Assembly: GCA_000165425.1 (NCBI GenBank)
Contig: CT868352.1
Location: 434,001-481,750 of the forward strand
Length of the DNA: 47,750 nucleotides
Direction of reading: 5' to 3'
From: Paramecium tetraurelia
Lineage: Eukaryota
Of this stretch, positions 1 to 13,837 are shown one piece after another; the first letter of the stretch is position 1; each line of letters opens with the position of its first letter. The notes under the pieces were generated by a model. That model searched no databases, had not been told where the DNA came from, and worked only from the letters and a program-made list of their open reading frames with translations. A program made the translations under genes and the position numbers.

Positions 1-1
1 C

Positions 2-3000
2 TTAGATTAAGAGTAATTTATTAAAATATTACAACAAAATTTTCTCTAAGCTAATCAATAATTAAATATTTTGGAAAGATTTTTGGCATTAATTAATGAT
101 TTCTAAGTTAAATTAGATTCTAACCTCAATAAACTATTAGATTAATAATTGAATAATTAAAAGGCAAATACTAATTTATTAGAATATCTATTCACAATAG
201 CTAAGAAATAATAACATATAAACAAGATTTTAGATTATATTTTTATGATCTTGAATCCCTTAAAAAAAGAAAAATCCTCTTAGGATTTGAATACAACTAT
301 GCTTCAGTATCAAAAAGCCTTACAATGGCTTAACTTATTATAATAGATTGCTCCCCAGGAACATGAAAAATTATATCAGAATTTGGCTTTAATAGATCAA
401 GAACCATAATAAAAACATGTGCTATCATTTCAGTCTATGATTACATTTGGTTTTGCATTGTCTGACGATATATTTGAACAGTTTAAAAAGAGTGGTGATA
501 TAGAATTGTAATAATTAAAGTAACTAAATATTTCTGATATGTCTTATTAGGACATATTTAGTCAAGTATAAAACTTCACTGCTAATCTTAACAATTTATA
601 TGAAAACAAATAAACTACATTAAAATTATTCTGTAAAGAAATTTTAGAGGCACAAAAATATCTTACTAAGTTTTTCTTGAATTTATAAAACAAACATGAT
701 CAATTAATAGAAAGATATTGGAGCTAAATACTTATCTATCTTGAATTTTTGATTTAAGTAGGTACAATGAATTTTGATTTGTAAGAGTCAACTCAGCAAA
801 CCTATAATTTACTTGAAGAATTGGATACATAAATTAATAATAATTAAGTATTGAAAGAACAAAGAGATTAATCTCAAAATATGATTTACATGAGATAGGT
901 AATTTAGAGAAGATTTATGTCTGATAAACAGTTGATTGCATAATTATTATAATGCTTGAATAATTTTGGATTGCATAATCAAAACAAATTGTTCAATATG
1001 TTAACAAAAAAATCATCAAGTGACAAGTTATCATTATTGGAGATTCTATTACAATTAAAAATGCATCCTTGTCATTTCGAATATGAAGAATCCTAGCCAG
1101 TCTTCATTGAAAACCTAATATACCTTGTTGCCATTGATACGAAAACAACGAATGACTTAATTTTCTAAATTTTGAAATAGGTAATGCTGAATGAACATAT
1201 CGATTGGCATGCTTAATAATTAAAAAATACAGAGGATCTCGCCCAAATTTTATTCCCATAGAAATTTATTGAATGCCCATTGTAATACTTATTGCAATTT
1301 CATCCCGTCCTAATTAACAATCCTATTATCTATAATTTGATAATTGAACAATAAGGTTTATCTATTACAGACAAATATTCTGAACTAAATAGAATTCACA
1401 CTCCAAAATAACTTTAACCTTAACCAACAGGAAAACTGACAAAAGAATAGGAGAGATTGTTGAAAGAGAAGGAAAAAGAATAGCAAGCTCAACCTTAGAC
1501 AGAAATAGTCATCAGATACGAGATAGATTAATTGATAGAACCTTAATTAAACGAAAACTTCATTTATTTAGTTAAATTTATTGCCTAAGCAACCATTGAT
1601 AGGTTTTTTGAGGAGAATTAAAGATTGATAGAATAGATATTTAAAGTGCAATTCAACCAATACAAAGATGATCCTAGGATGTACGTCTATGGTTGGGATC
1701 AACTATTGAGAATAATAGAAATGCTCATCATTAAAGTTCCTTAATTAATATTATATCTAAGATAATTGTAAGTAGATTTGCCACCACAATTAAGCAAAGG
1801 CGAGAAAAAGACTACTTTCATAGAATTTGTAGTTAAGTATTTGACTTGGGTTGGTGGAGATAAATTAGCTAACTTTATGCACAATTACTTGAGTGATATA
1901 AATTTGTTGTCTATTGGATATGGAGTCACTATAGGCTAAGAAGTTTTGCAATTATTATTGAACGAATTATAAATTGACATTCATCAGGATTAGATGGTCT
2001 AGAAATATTATCATATCATGTAAATATTGATACTGTTTACTTAAACTTTAACTATGCAAAATTGCAGCATGATCTTAACCGATCAAAGATCATAATTGAA
2101 TATAATCCCTTAATTGATTGACACATTGAATTAAATTAAAAATTGTGATAACAGGCAATTTGTGAAGACATATCAACAAACCATAGCCAAAGTTATTGAA
2201 CCTTTCTTGCAATCTTAAATATATTATGATCACATTAAAAATGGAAAGTATGGAGAAGTATTCAGACTACAACAAAGTATTACTGATGATCCTTTTAAAT
2301 ATCACTATTTGCATTGTCTAAGAAATCAATTGATTTGTTACTCTCTCTACCCAGGTTTCAAGAGTGTAGCAGGATCAGCTTAACATTTTATTTCTCACTA
2401 ATAAGTTCAATAGACTTTAAAGGATGAACACTAATAAGAATTGGTTTGGCCACTTTATCAATCTAGAAAAAATTACAATAATTAAAGGTAGAATAATTAG
2501 AAGCAATAAGAAGAGGATGTGAGCGATTCTGATTCAGATCAAGATATTCTTTAAGTAGATAACAGTCAAATAAAATACAAAGTAAATTATACAAATATTA
2601 ATTCTTGGGGTTCTGATTATTATTATTATGACAATAATGACTTCATGTCAAAATACAGCATGAACAGAGATGATGATAGGATGTTACGAGATAATTAATA
2701 GAATATATTCCCATAGAAAGATCTCAATATCATATTTTGCAAAGTTGATCCCCAGTCCATTTGTTTCAATTTACCTACATTAACAATTACAAAATAGAAT
2801 ATTTAATATTATTCCAATGATTATAAATAGTGGATAACTTCTATTGTAGGATTATATTACAGTTCAAATGAGTACTTTGAAAATAAAAAATCTTTAATTT
2901 CAAAATCATTTGAAAATTCACTTAAAATTGCTGTTGAATTCATTCATCAAATAAATAGATTATTATTATCATCAAATTACTACCGAAATAAATAGAACGA

Positions 3001-6000
3001 TTACATGCAATAATATTTATCATATTATTTGAATGGAACTCTAAATAGCCTCTAAGTTTAGGTAAGCAATTCTTGTTTCTATTCAAAATTTGGTTAACCT
3101 CCAAATTAGTTATAACAAGACTATTAAGCAAATTCATTATCAATCAATGTCAATGAGTCATAGCAATAATAACATAGAATTTTATGTTAAATATCATGTA
3201 ACGTTCTCTAAAGCAGAGTAGTTTTGAATGGGATGCCAAATGATTTGCAGGATTAAAATTTACTTAGAGCAAAGTTGTAAAGTTTATTGCATCCTGAAGA
3301 ACACCTTATAATTCAACCAGTAATCTTGTAAATTCCAAAAAAATCATTCACATAGCCTGATACATAACAATTATAAATCTATGATAATGTGGTTCTTGAA
3401 ATGTTCATTAATCTCATTTTGGATACTAATAATTTTCCATAGTTTCCATTTAATTTGTTTAGATAGGTCAGTAAATGTTCTCGTCTTGGTTTCAAATTAT
3501 TGATTTAATTGTTACTCTTGTACTAAGAACAAAAAAATAGCTTAGATTTAACTTTAAAAATCTTATACCTTGTAAGTCAGAAAATTCCATCAACCAATCT
3601 TAGAGATTTGTTATCTGAATAGTTATAGTTGAGCCCAATTTTAAATAAAAGAGAAAAGGCAAATCTGGCTAAAGTCTAAGAAATTAAGGAACAATTTGTT
3701 ATTGAAGAAGAAGAAAACTTTGAGGAACAACCTTAAGATGAGGATCCTGAAAATCCTCTTGTCTTTTTAATTAATTAGATCAATAGGTATTGCGAGAAAA
3801 ACATCTCTTTCATAAAACTCTTTCATAATCCAGAATCCTATATACCATTAGAAAAAAGTATTATTAATATATATATTAGATATACTCTTGACTCCATTAT
3901 TGGCTAACTAAACTGGAATGCATTTATCTTACCTGATTTAAATTATCAAAGGCTCATTGATAGTTGCAAATGAAGAATCGAAGGATAAGAATAGAAAGAG
4001 TGATGATGATTATTTATAAAAAATATAGAGAAGATAAGCTACAATCTTTACAAATTGCCAAGAAGAATCTAATGGTAAATTGTTTGACCTTGTTGCTTAA
4101 CTCAATAAGCATGAAGAAGATATACATTTATAGGAATTGATTTTTAAGACATTTGCAGAAAGATATTCAGAAAATTCATAAGATCAATAATAGGAACCAT
4201 AATCTTATTATAGTAGACAGCCATTTTCTTTAAGACAAAATGAACTATTGTTCTAATAGCAATAATAATAACAATATGAATAAAAATAATAAGTATTATT
4301 ATTATAATTATAATAACAATAACAATAACAATAACAATAACAATAACAATAACAATAACAATAACAATAACAATAACAATAACAATAACAATAACAATAA
4401 CAATAACAATAACAATAACAATAACAATAACAATAACAATAACAATAACAATAACAATAACAATAACAATAACAATAACAATAACAATAACAATAACAAT
4501 AACAATAACAATAACAATAACAATAACAATAACAATAACAATAACAATAATAAGAATAAGAATAAGAATAGCAATAATAAGAATAACAATAAAATTAAAG
4601 TCTATAAAATAATTCCATATTTTAAATCCCTTTGTTACCATAAACTTTACATGGTTTACCTCAAACACTCCCCACTAATGCTCCTCCTCAAATATCATCT
4701 ATATCTATTCTTTAGTAATAACATCAATAATTATAATAATACTAATAATAATTTTAAAGCAATTTGTAAAATATTAGAAAGTTGCCAACTTCTTAAGCTT
4801 AATTTTAGCAACTTAGATAGTTCTATGATAGGTTCCTTAAAGCTAATGATGATTAATAAGACCTTTAATAGACTTAATAATAAAATCTTAAGCAGTTTTA
4901 TGATAATATTTTACTATAGAAATAAAAATAACAAGGCTAATAATAGGATTAGAATCAATAATAATCAAATAATCTAGAATAAAAGATATAGTAATTATAA
5001 GATTAAAGCCAAATTATCTCTGAAGAATAAAACTGAATCAGATTCTAAGATACAATAACGAGAGAGAAAACTAAGTGCCAAGATATCCCATGTTGAAATA
5101 GATATTATTACAGCATTGTGCAGAATTCTTAATAACCCTCTCCTTCGTGATTGTAACTCTCCAGAAATCATTAATATACTCAATTCATATTCAAATGATC
5201 GTTTAAAAATAGAACATGCTATTAATGAATTAACTAAATATATCATCTAACAATCTAAGATATTCAATTATGAATTGGATAGGAAAAGAAAATAACTTAG
5301 AGAAATCACAAGTTAACGAGAAAAGGTTCCAGTGCATGATCCTGAAAGATAATAGTAATTGTCTGAATAAGAAAATGAAATCATCAAAGAACTCAATTAG
5401 AAAACACCTGATCCTAGTGTAATTCAAAGATGTTTTATAGCTATTACAGGGTTTTTGAATTTTAATGTGAGTGCTTCCGAGTAATAAAAATAATCCACAA
5501 TCAAACCAAACTCAACATAAACTAGATAATAAATTCAATTGGATAAAAAGAAATTTAAATTGCATTAATAAGGAAAGCATACAGATGATACACAAGAGGT
5601 TGATGCATTAACAAAAAAAGACATCAGAAAATAATTTATTAATGTGTTGTAAACAAGATAAACTCACCATTTGTGGCTTAATGTTGTGGAAACATTGTTA
5701 TTAATTTTTAATTGTAAAGGTCATAGATCACTAGAGTTATTATAAAAAAAACTATACCCGTTATTGGAATGTTTCCTCAGACTTTATTAAAATGTACATG
5801 AAGATACAAATAATTAAGATTCTCATGTATAAGGTGCTGCAGATGCTAACTTTTTTGAGCGTAATACAAGTGGATCAGCTACTAATTCATTATCATTTGG
5901 TTTATTATAAACATAGAATATTCATTTAAAAAGGTCATTTTCTGCAGTGAGAAACGAAAATGAAATGTAAATGAAAATTGATGAGCTATTCACATATCTT

Positions 6001-8274
6001 TGTATTAATGGAAAAAGTCTCATTAATCATCTAATTTCATAAAGGCTTCATTAAGTTACGATTGATCATAAATTAAATTAGAATCCAAATTTAATTAAGT
6101 TATTTAAAGACTCTGATCCTTTAGCTTTTGTTTTCTTTAAAATGAGTCAAATAGTATCCTTCGAAAATAAAAAGCATTTGTTTGAATTGGATTTAGATGC
6201 TCTTAAAATAGGTGAAAAACCTAACACGCGATCGAGAGGCAGATAAAATGATACTATTGAGATTAATGTAGTTAGAGAGACAAGACTATAGCAATCTTTG
6301 GAAAAAGTTATTAATATTGATAAGAGCAAGTTTAGAAAATGTGATATCAAAATTAGATATTAAGGAGAAAGAGGTTAAGATGAGGGAGGTATTAGAAAGG
6401 AGTGGATGACTAATCTTGTTAAAGATATCTTATAAACAGATAAATTTGAATTAACAACAAAAAGATTCTACAAAATTAATCCAAATAAAAAAGCTTAAGA
6501 AGATTTGAATCATTACAAACTATTAGGTAAAATAATTGGCAAAAGTATTTATGATGGATTACTTTTGCCAGTGTATTTCATCTCTCCAATTTTCAAGCAA
6601 AATACTTTAGAAAAAAACCTAGCATTGATGAATCTTGAACATTATAATGAAGGTTATTTATGATACCTTTTATTAAATTTTTAAATGATGAAACTTAGGT
6701 TTAATATAAAGATTTATTTGAAATTTTGGATACCTGAAGAATATGCAAATCTGATCGAATTAAAATAAAAAGCTAATTTTTGCTGACCTTCTTTAGGATT
6801 ATATAGAAAAGAATCCTATTGATTTAAAATAAGAAAAATAAACTGAATAATAGTAAGTTTAAAATTATAAATAAGAACTCAAATAAAGTTAGCAATAAGA
6901 TTAACCGAAATCATAGTAATAGGACCAGCAATAATAATAATAAGAATTGTAATAGTAATAGGAATAAAAATAATTATAATAAGAATAATAAGAATAATAA
7001 TAATAAGTATAATAAATATAATAATAAGAATAATAATAATAATAGAAATAAAAAGAATAATAATAATAGGAATAAAAAGAATAATCGGAAGAATAATAAG
7101 AATAGGAGATATAAAAGTAAGTATAAGAATAATCTGAGTTATAATATCAAAAATATCAATAAATAGTTGAAGAATTATAGAAAGAATAATTATACATATA
7201 ATAATAATAATAGCAAATATTGGATTAATATATTGTAAAAGAAGCAGAAAATTTATAATAAATGAAAGAGAACCCATTATAATAAAAATATTAGGACTTT
7301 CAAGAAAATGAATCCTTATTAGAAATAAATTTAGAATAATTTGAATAATAATAATTATTATTATATCTCTAATAACAGTAAGAATAAACAATTGCACTTT
7401 CAAAAATCATTGAGGTATCATAAGAATCTCAATAAAAATTTGATTAGTAAGAGAAATAAGTGAAAGATTAATTTTTAGGATCTGAAATGAAACCTCCAAT
7501 AATTCAAGTTGAACAACAACAAAATGGAAAAAAAGAAATACAAATTAAGAAGCTTCCTGAAGATATAACAGCAGAAGATATGGAAAATAGGGAGAGGAAA
7601 CGACTTATTAGAAAGAATAAAAAAAAATAACTAAACGATGAAGTGTTAAAACATATTAAATTATAAGATGTCTTTGAAAAATAAACTACAAATGTATCAA
7701 TAAAACACAAAAGATTAATTTGTGAATATATTAGCAAAAAAATTATGCTAGAAGAGATTAATACATAGTTGTAGGCATTAAGAGAAGGATTTTTTGATAT
7801 TTTACCAAAAGAGTTTTTCTCTTATATGGATTGGAGAGATCTTTAAAAACTAATTATAGGAGTTCCTTCAGTTGATGGTATTGAATTTTGTTATTTAATT
7901 TTAGTTGATGATTTACAAGAAAATACAGAATATATAAGTGATGAAAAGACTAATTAAACAGTTTTATGGTTTTGGGAGGTTTTGACAACCTTAAGCGACT
8001 CTGAAAAGGCTGATTTCTTAATGTTTGCAACAGGAAGTCCTTTAGTTCCATTTGGAGGATTTAAGAATTTAAGAGGTCCAAATGGTCCAAGAAAATTTTC
8101 GATTTCAAAAGACTTCAATAAAGAACATTTTATTAAGGCTCATGCATGGTATAAATTTTAATTATAGCTAGCTTTAATCGAATTGATTTACCAGAATACT
8201 CCTCTAAAGAAATACTAAGAGAGAAATTGCTAAAATCTTTGAAGGAATCCGGTTCAGGATTTGATTTAAGTTGA
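2..8274 (+). CDS. Very large HECT-domain E3 ubiquitin ligase, 5'-partial (>2,700 aa)
   Basis: Open with TAA/TAG=Gln from base 2. HECT motifs: YQGERGQDEGGIRKEWMT (~6358-6411), LLGKIIGKSIYDG, LQALREGFFDILP, WFWEVL, FLMFATGSPLVPFGGF, catalytic KAHAC-FNRIDLPEY, C-terminus GSGFDLS-TGA (8272-8274). Introns 3858-3879, 7878-7904, 8149-8171. A frame change near 4895-5035 is either a 25 nt intron (4895-4919) or a 1-base error. Several homopolymer-type frameshifts at ~6595-6781. Confidence 0.93.
4311..4553 (+). repeat. Perfect (TAACAA)x39 microsatellite encoding part of an 81-residue poly-Gln tract in the HECT ligase
   Basis: Uninterrupted hexamer repeat 4314-4547, in frame with the ligase; flanking TAA codons extend the run to 81 Gln. 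Confidence 0.93.
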
Positions 8275-8456
8275 TATATTAATAATATGATTTCTTAATT
8301 TTCATAAGGTTATAATTAAATATTAATACTTGTAAATATGATTTTACCATCATATATATGATAGTAAAATTATTCTTTTGTATACACTATTACATATTTG
8401 TATATTGAAACAAAGGGGATTTACTATTAATTTTAGAATTAATTTTCAGTTTAAAT

Positions 8457-9747
8457 TCAAATTATGATCCTTTTTTCATTTAATACAATTTGTAAATGAT
8501 ATTATATTGCAATTAGTTATTAAGGAATTGATGAGAATTTCAAATTTTAAATAACTTGATAATTAGTCTTCTAAACTGTTCGAAAAGAGATCTTTAGTTT
8601 CTGATATTTATAATTCGTTCTTTCATCTCAGTTCAATCTATTTCTCTTAGATGTCATATTTGAAATAATTTAAATAAAATTTTTATAATTGTCATTACAA
8701 ATGATTTTAAGTAAGAAATAAATCATTATAGGTATCATCCATTACCGCTAATCTGTTTAATAATGCTATGATTGGTCTTATGTCTTTTACTCTTATGTTT
8801 CATTTACATTTACACTATATCAGTCAAAGTCCCAATATTTCTTAAACTATGTAAATCTTTTGAAAGCGAAGGTTTAAACTTACCTTGATCATCCTTTATT
8901 TTCTTAATTTGTTAAAGTGATCTGTTGCTCTTAGAATTTAATTGCCACTTTACAAATGTCCTTATAAAATTAATCTTTGTATCTCTTTAAGTTTATAACC
9001 CAGATGTTGGAGTCTATGCTTTAGAATATTTTTTATCTGTTAATGATGGATGAATCTTACTAATAAATATCAACTTCATACAGATATAAAAGTTCCAGGC
9101 AAACTGATTTTCTGAAGGGATTCATTTGATTGAATATTCTCAGTCTATATATTTTGTTTCAAACCTTTATTTCTAATAACAAATTAGATATTATTACAAT
9201 GATTATAATTTTCTTAACAACTATTCTTTAGTTAATTGCTTTAAATTAAAGGTATGCTAAAAATCATTTTCAATTTCTATGTGTTTATCTAAAGATCTTT
9301 AAAACTTTGAAAACGAATGGTCTAAAATAGATGACATTTTGCTATCAAATTAGGATTCTTAGTAATCCATTCTAAGTTTTTTCTTTTTTTATTGGTTTTA
9401 TCTAATTTGCCTCAATAAAAATGAAGAACACTAATATATAACATAAAAGTTGTAACATTTTAAATTTTCTTATACTCTTCATTTTCAGTATTAACATTTT
9501 ATATGGTATCAAAAAATTGTTGATCTGATCTATGAATTTTGTATTGTTGGCATAAATTAATCGCCAATCTTTTATCACATTTAAATTATCTGAGTTTTAT
9601 AAATTAATCACAATCAGTCCACTCGATAGGTTTTCTAGAAAGATTAGGAAAGTCATTTATATTAATTTTCTTATGTTCTTTGTTAGATTTAAATAGATTA
9701 TGTTCATAAGTTTTCAATTCTTTTATAATGCTTTTTTGAGGTTTCAT
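8457..9747 (-). CDS. Hypothetical protein (multi-intron; 3' end uncertain)
   Basis: ATG at 9747 (MKPQKSIIKELKTYEHNLFK...). Frame is maintained through about three 25-26 nt GT..AG introns. Stop is either TGA near 8692 or near 8457. No recognised domain. Confidence 0.55.
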
Positions 9748-9923
9748 CAAATTTAAAATGATATTTATATAAATTTAATAATAATTAAATAGTTTAATTA
9801 AGATTGAATTCTCATTAACAGGTATTTAAGTACAACTTTGGCTTTCTTGGATGAAAATAGATTATATAATATAAAATTAAAATAAGTAAAAATTAAAATA
9901 ATACATACATTATAAAGTTGAAC

Positions 9924-10878
9924 TCATCTTAAATCGATTTGGCTCTTTTATTGATTTGCATGATTCATTTTTACTGTTGCTTTTTATTAAGATTGCTTAA
10001 TCATTAAAAGATTACATTACTTATTTGTCCCATATTTCTTAGGAGCTCTTGATAAATACTTTATGGATGTTTTTTGGTTATATTGGATTATCAGGTGGAG
10101 ATAATTAATATTACATGGCACTCTAAATAAATCTTTTCTTTCCATTCTTTAGCTCTGATTGGGCTTTGCAAATTTAATATGATGATAAAAGATTTTTTTA
10201 TATTTTTGTCTGACTCTTGAATAATCTATCGGTTTGACTCTAATATGACTCTGAATATGGTTATCAATTTTTACAATTATTAAGATGACCTTGAAGATCA
10301 AGATAGCTTTTTAGTTTTTAAGTTGACTCATGTGATTTGTATTTACCAAATCCATAATTATCTTCCTTATAATCTTTTACTTGCATCTAAAATAGTAACC
10401 AAATAAATATTACTGCACTGATAGGTAGGTTAATTCGATGAGAAAAGTCTTGCTGTCTCTATTCACAAGTTCTATTTATTTTGAATATAACTTACTTTAA
10501 AATTCTCTTAGATTCTTTTTAAGAACTTTCTGTATTGGGATTATATCTAATATTTGATGAGCATTTTCTTTCTGGGGATTAAAATTAATCTAAGCTTGGA
10601 ATCAACGTTCTTTTTGTATTTAAATCTTCAAGTGATTTTCTCTCTGTGGCATAATTTTTTGGTTTTGTTATGTCATTCTTGATTGGAGTGGTATTTTCTT
10701 TAAAGATTTCTGAACTCTAATGCAGTTTCTTATAGGCCTCATTATTAGGATTTCTTTTTCCACTTAAAATTGTTGGATGTTATTTTTTGCTTGATGAATT
10801 CAAAGCCTCATTATTTTTAGTAGGCTCTTTCTTGTTAGTTAATCTTAAAAACAGTTGGTATTTGTCGTATTATTCCAT
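9924..10878 (-). CDS. Hypothetical basic, low-complexity protein (3' end uncertain)
   Basis: ATG at 10878 (MEQYDKYQLFLRLTNKKEP...). Candidate 27 nt intron near 10387-10413. No recognised domain. Confidence 0.5.
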
Positions 10879-11149
10879 TATATTGGCTAACAGATAATAT
10901 TTATTTATATAATTTATTTCAAATTTAAGCTTATAGAATTTATTTACGGTTTTTAAACTATTTTAGTTGCAGCTTTCTTTAAATTTAAATAACAATAAAG
11001 AAATGGACTTGTCCATAGAAAGTGAAATATAATAAACTTCTATTTAATTAAAATTACTAATTACACAATTAAAATCATAGAAATAATATTTATGAAGATA
11101 GTTTTTATGTAAAAAAATGTCTTTTATATAAATATAAGGTAAATTTAAA

Positions 11150-13090
11150 ATCTAATCCTAAATTCAGAATTTTTTTGATTAAACTAGAATTTGCTTTAAA
11201 TATGAAGGTTCTAATTAAGATTAATCTGAATAAATTAGAAATTTCAATTTATTTTGATAAAATGTTTTCCCTTCAGTATCTATAAGCTCTGCTTGATTAA
11301 TTTATACAAAATTATTTGGCCCCCATCTAATCTAAAAGATAACAAGTGACATATTCAGGTATATGATTAAAATTATTGACATCAGTTTTTTATTCCATTG
11401 AAAAGGATTAAAGCCGTTGTAAATTAATGTGATGCAAAGAATAAAAAGTGAACATAAATGAAATCGATTTTAAATCAATTAATTATTTTGATTGTGTTTA
11501 AAAATCTTCAACCTTCTTTTTTATTTCCACTTATTATTATTAGGTTTATCGTTTTGTTGATGTTTATAATTCTTCAGTAATATTTAAACTAATTACTTAA
11601 TTCTTCATTGAATGCATCAAAATTTACTAAAATAAATTGATTGAAATTTATGTTAAGAATTTAATGTTGATATTAAGAGAAAGTTAAATTTCCATTTGAT
11701 GTTACAACATGAATTTAACAGAATAATATTCTGCAATAGTGGATAGATATTATTAGATTGTATCAAGATATAAGTTTAGGTTAGAAATATATTAAATCTA
11801 AGTTAGTTGCTGTATTTTCTCTTATTGAAAATATATTATATAGTTCCTTACCTAATTCATAATTTATAGATTGAGACATTAGAGTTTCAGAAACATTTAA
11901 TCCTAAATATTTTTTGAGAAATGCTGTTTTATTTTTTTAATTTCTAAATTGATATTGGCTTAACTATTAAGAATTTCTTACGAATAACCCACAATTTATT
12001 ATTGGTATTCAATAATATCCTTCTCATATGATTCTATTAAATTATGCACTTGTTCAGTTTTGATAATAACAATTAAAATTGGTTTTCCAAAATTAAATAA
12101 TTTGACAATAAGCTTCATCGATTTATATTTTTCATTAATCTTGTCTTATTAAATAATCTCAATCTCATCGTCTTGATTTTCATTATTCATAAAGCCTTCT
12201 GGGCTCCTTATTTTTTTGAAAAAAAATTCTTCAAGTTTTTGTAATTTAGACAAAGCTTTTTCATTTAGCTTTTGGCTCTCATTCATATTATTCAAGACAT
12301 ATGATGTTCTTAGAAATTATCGAATTTATTCTGAATCTTTAATATTTTTGAGACTTTCAAAGGCTTTATTCTTGAATTCAAGATTAAACTGTCTTGTTCT
12401 GTCATCCAAACTTATAGCAAACATAGAATCAGTTACAAATTCATCAATTATTTCTCTAATTTATAAATTAGCTTTACTTTTATTTGTTGGCAATTAAGTT
12501 AAGCGAAAAAGCAAGTCTTGAAGTATATTCAAACATATATGTTAACACACTAATAAATGACATGCAAGCACCAGAATGTAAAATGAATTATATGTTATTT
12601 GTAGTGTAGACCTCGAATAGAAAAATTATAATTAAAGGAGTCACTATTGTGTATATTATTTTTAGTTTATTATCACTAAACTACAATATTCCAAATAGGA
12701 GTGCAGATGTATTAAACCCAAAAAAGAAATTCGGACTTATAATTAATATATTTTTTACATATTATTTCCACTCATTGCTATCATAACATTTGTTGACACA
12801 CTCCAAATATACATACACGAAAACACAAATTTTAAACGAGGTTTTAACTTTGGACTTAATAAATACAACCCGAAACAGCAAAATACTACTGCAGCCATCA
12901 TTATTATTAAAACAGATGGTTATTACTGAACTACAAAAATGATAAGTGCAATAAGTGCAGCAAAAGTCATCAATAGGTTTAATATCTTAAATCCAACTAA
13001 TCTAATTTCGTTAGAGTGTTCTTCATATTAGATCTCAAAATCATATTCATAAAAGCTGAGTTTCCATTTATCGAAAGGTAAACTTATCAT
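11150..13090 (-). CDS. Multipass membrane protein with long cytoplasmic C-terminus, resembling degenerate histidine-kinase-like ciliate membrane proteins (3' end approximate)
   Basis: ATG at 13090. N-terminal hydrophobic helices (LMTFAALIALIIFVV; VLIIMMAAVVFCCFGLYLL; FVFSCMYIWSVSTNVMIAM) then a polar region with a late GPNN motif. The kinase-like relationship is inference only. Confidence 0.55.
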
Positions 13091-13837
13091 ATGTATTAAA
13101 TAATAATCAGTAATTAAATTAACTTATTTGTATATTAATTATAATCAAGGAACGTATTTGATAATCAAAAGCTAATTTCTCAACACATATCGTTTGATAT
13201 CGCTTTAATATAATTTGTTTATACTAACTTTTTAAAAGTTGGTGTAATTGCAATTTAATAGCCTTTGAAACTAATAATAATTCATCACAAATAGAATGAA
13301 TCTAATTAGAATATTAATAAATGAACCTGAAAAAAATGAATAATAAAACTCTAAGAAAAATTAACTGATTGAACATAATTTATTAAAGAAGTGTATTAAT
13401 TAAAAATTTTATAATATATTTTATAAAACTACGACTTACTATTTACTATTTATTCCTAATATATTATTATTTACAAATTTTTCTAGTTTGTAAATCTAAA
13501 ATGTAAAAATCCAACAAAGGTTATAAATCATTATCTAAGATGAATTAAAAAATGAGGTCAAAAAGTTATGATGAAATCAAAATGCAAAATTTTGATTTCA
13601 TAATAATACATAGATAACCTTCAATTTGAATACTCGCTATAATATTAGTCATAAAGAACTTTAAGGGATAATTTAAAAATTACTTTTTACTATTCAAAGT
13701 GGTAAATACTTATAGTTAATGAGAGAATGATTGAAGAAATGATCTTATTGAATGGTAACCGAACTAGAGTTGCATTTATATGAATTGCTATTTCATATTG
13801 ATTAAATATATCATAATATAAATAATACAATTAAGAA

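Noticed and set aside
4314..4547. Repeat as a CRISPR array or telomere
   Set aside because: No spacers, lies in frame within a CDS, and does not match Paramecium G4T2/G3T3 telomeric repeats.
4144..4977. ORF-track poly-Asn, poly-Leu and poly-(Ile-Val) proteins
   Set aside because: Alternative frames of the TAACAA microsatellite; the frame continuous with the HECT gene encodes poly-Gln.
6595..6781. Programmed +1 frameshifting (Euplotes-like) or a retained IES in the HECT gene
   Set aside because: Several extra bases cluster in homopolymer runs and removing them restores HECT-like sequence. No convincing TA-bounded TAYAG-type ends. Most other apparent frameshifts resolved as tiny introns. Assembly error is the simplest explanation.
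6879..7403. Ile-rich membrane-like ORF on the minus strand
   Set aside because: Antisense shadow of the TAA-rich Gln/Glu insert.
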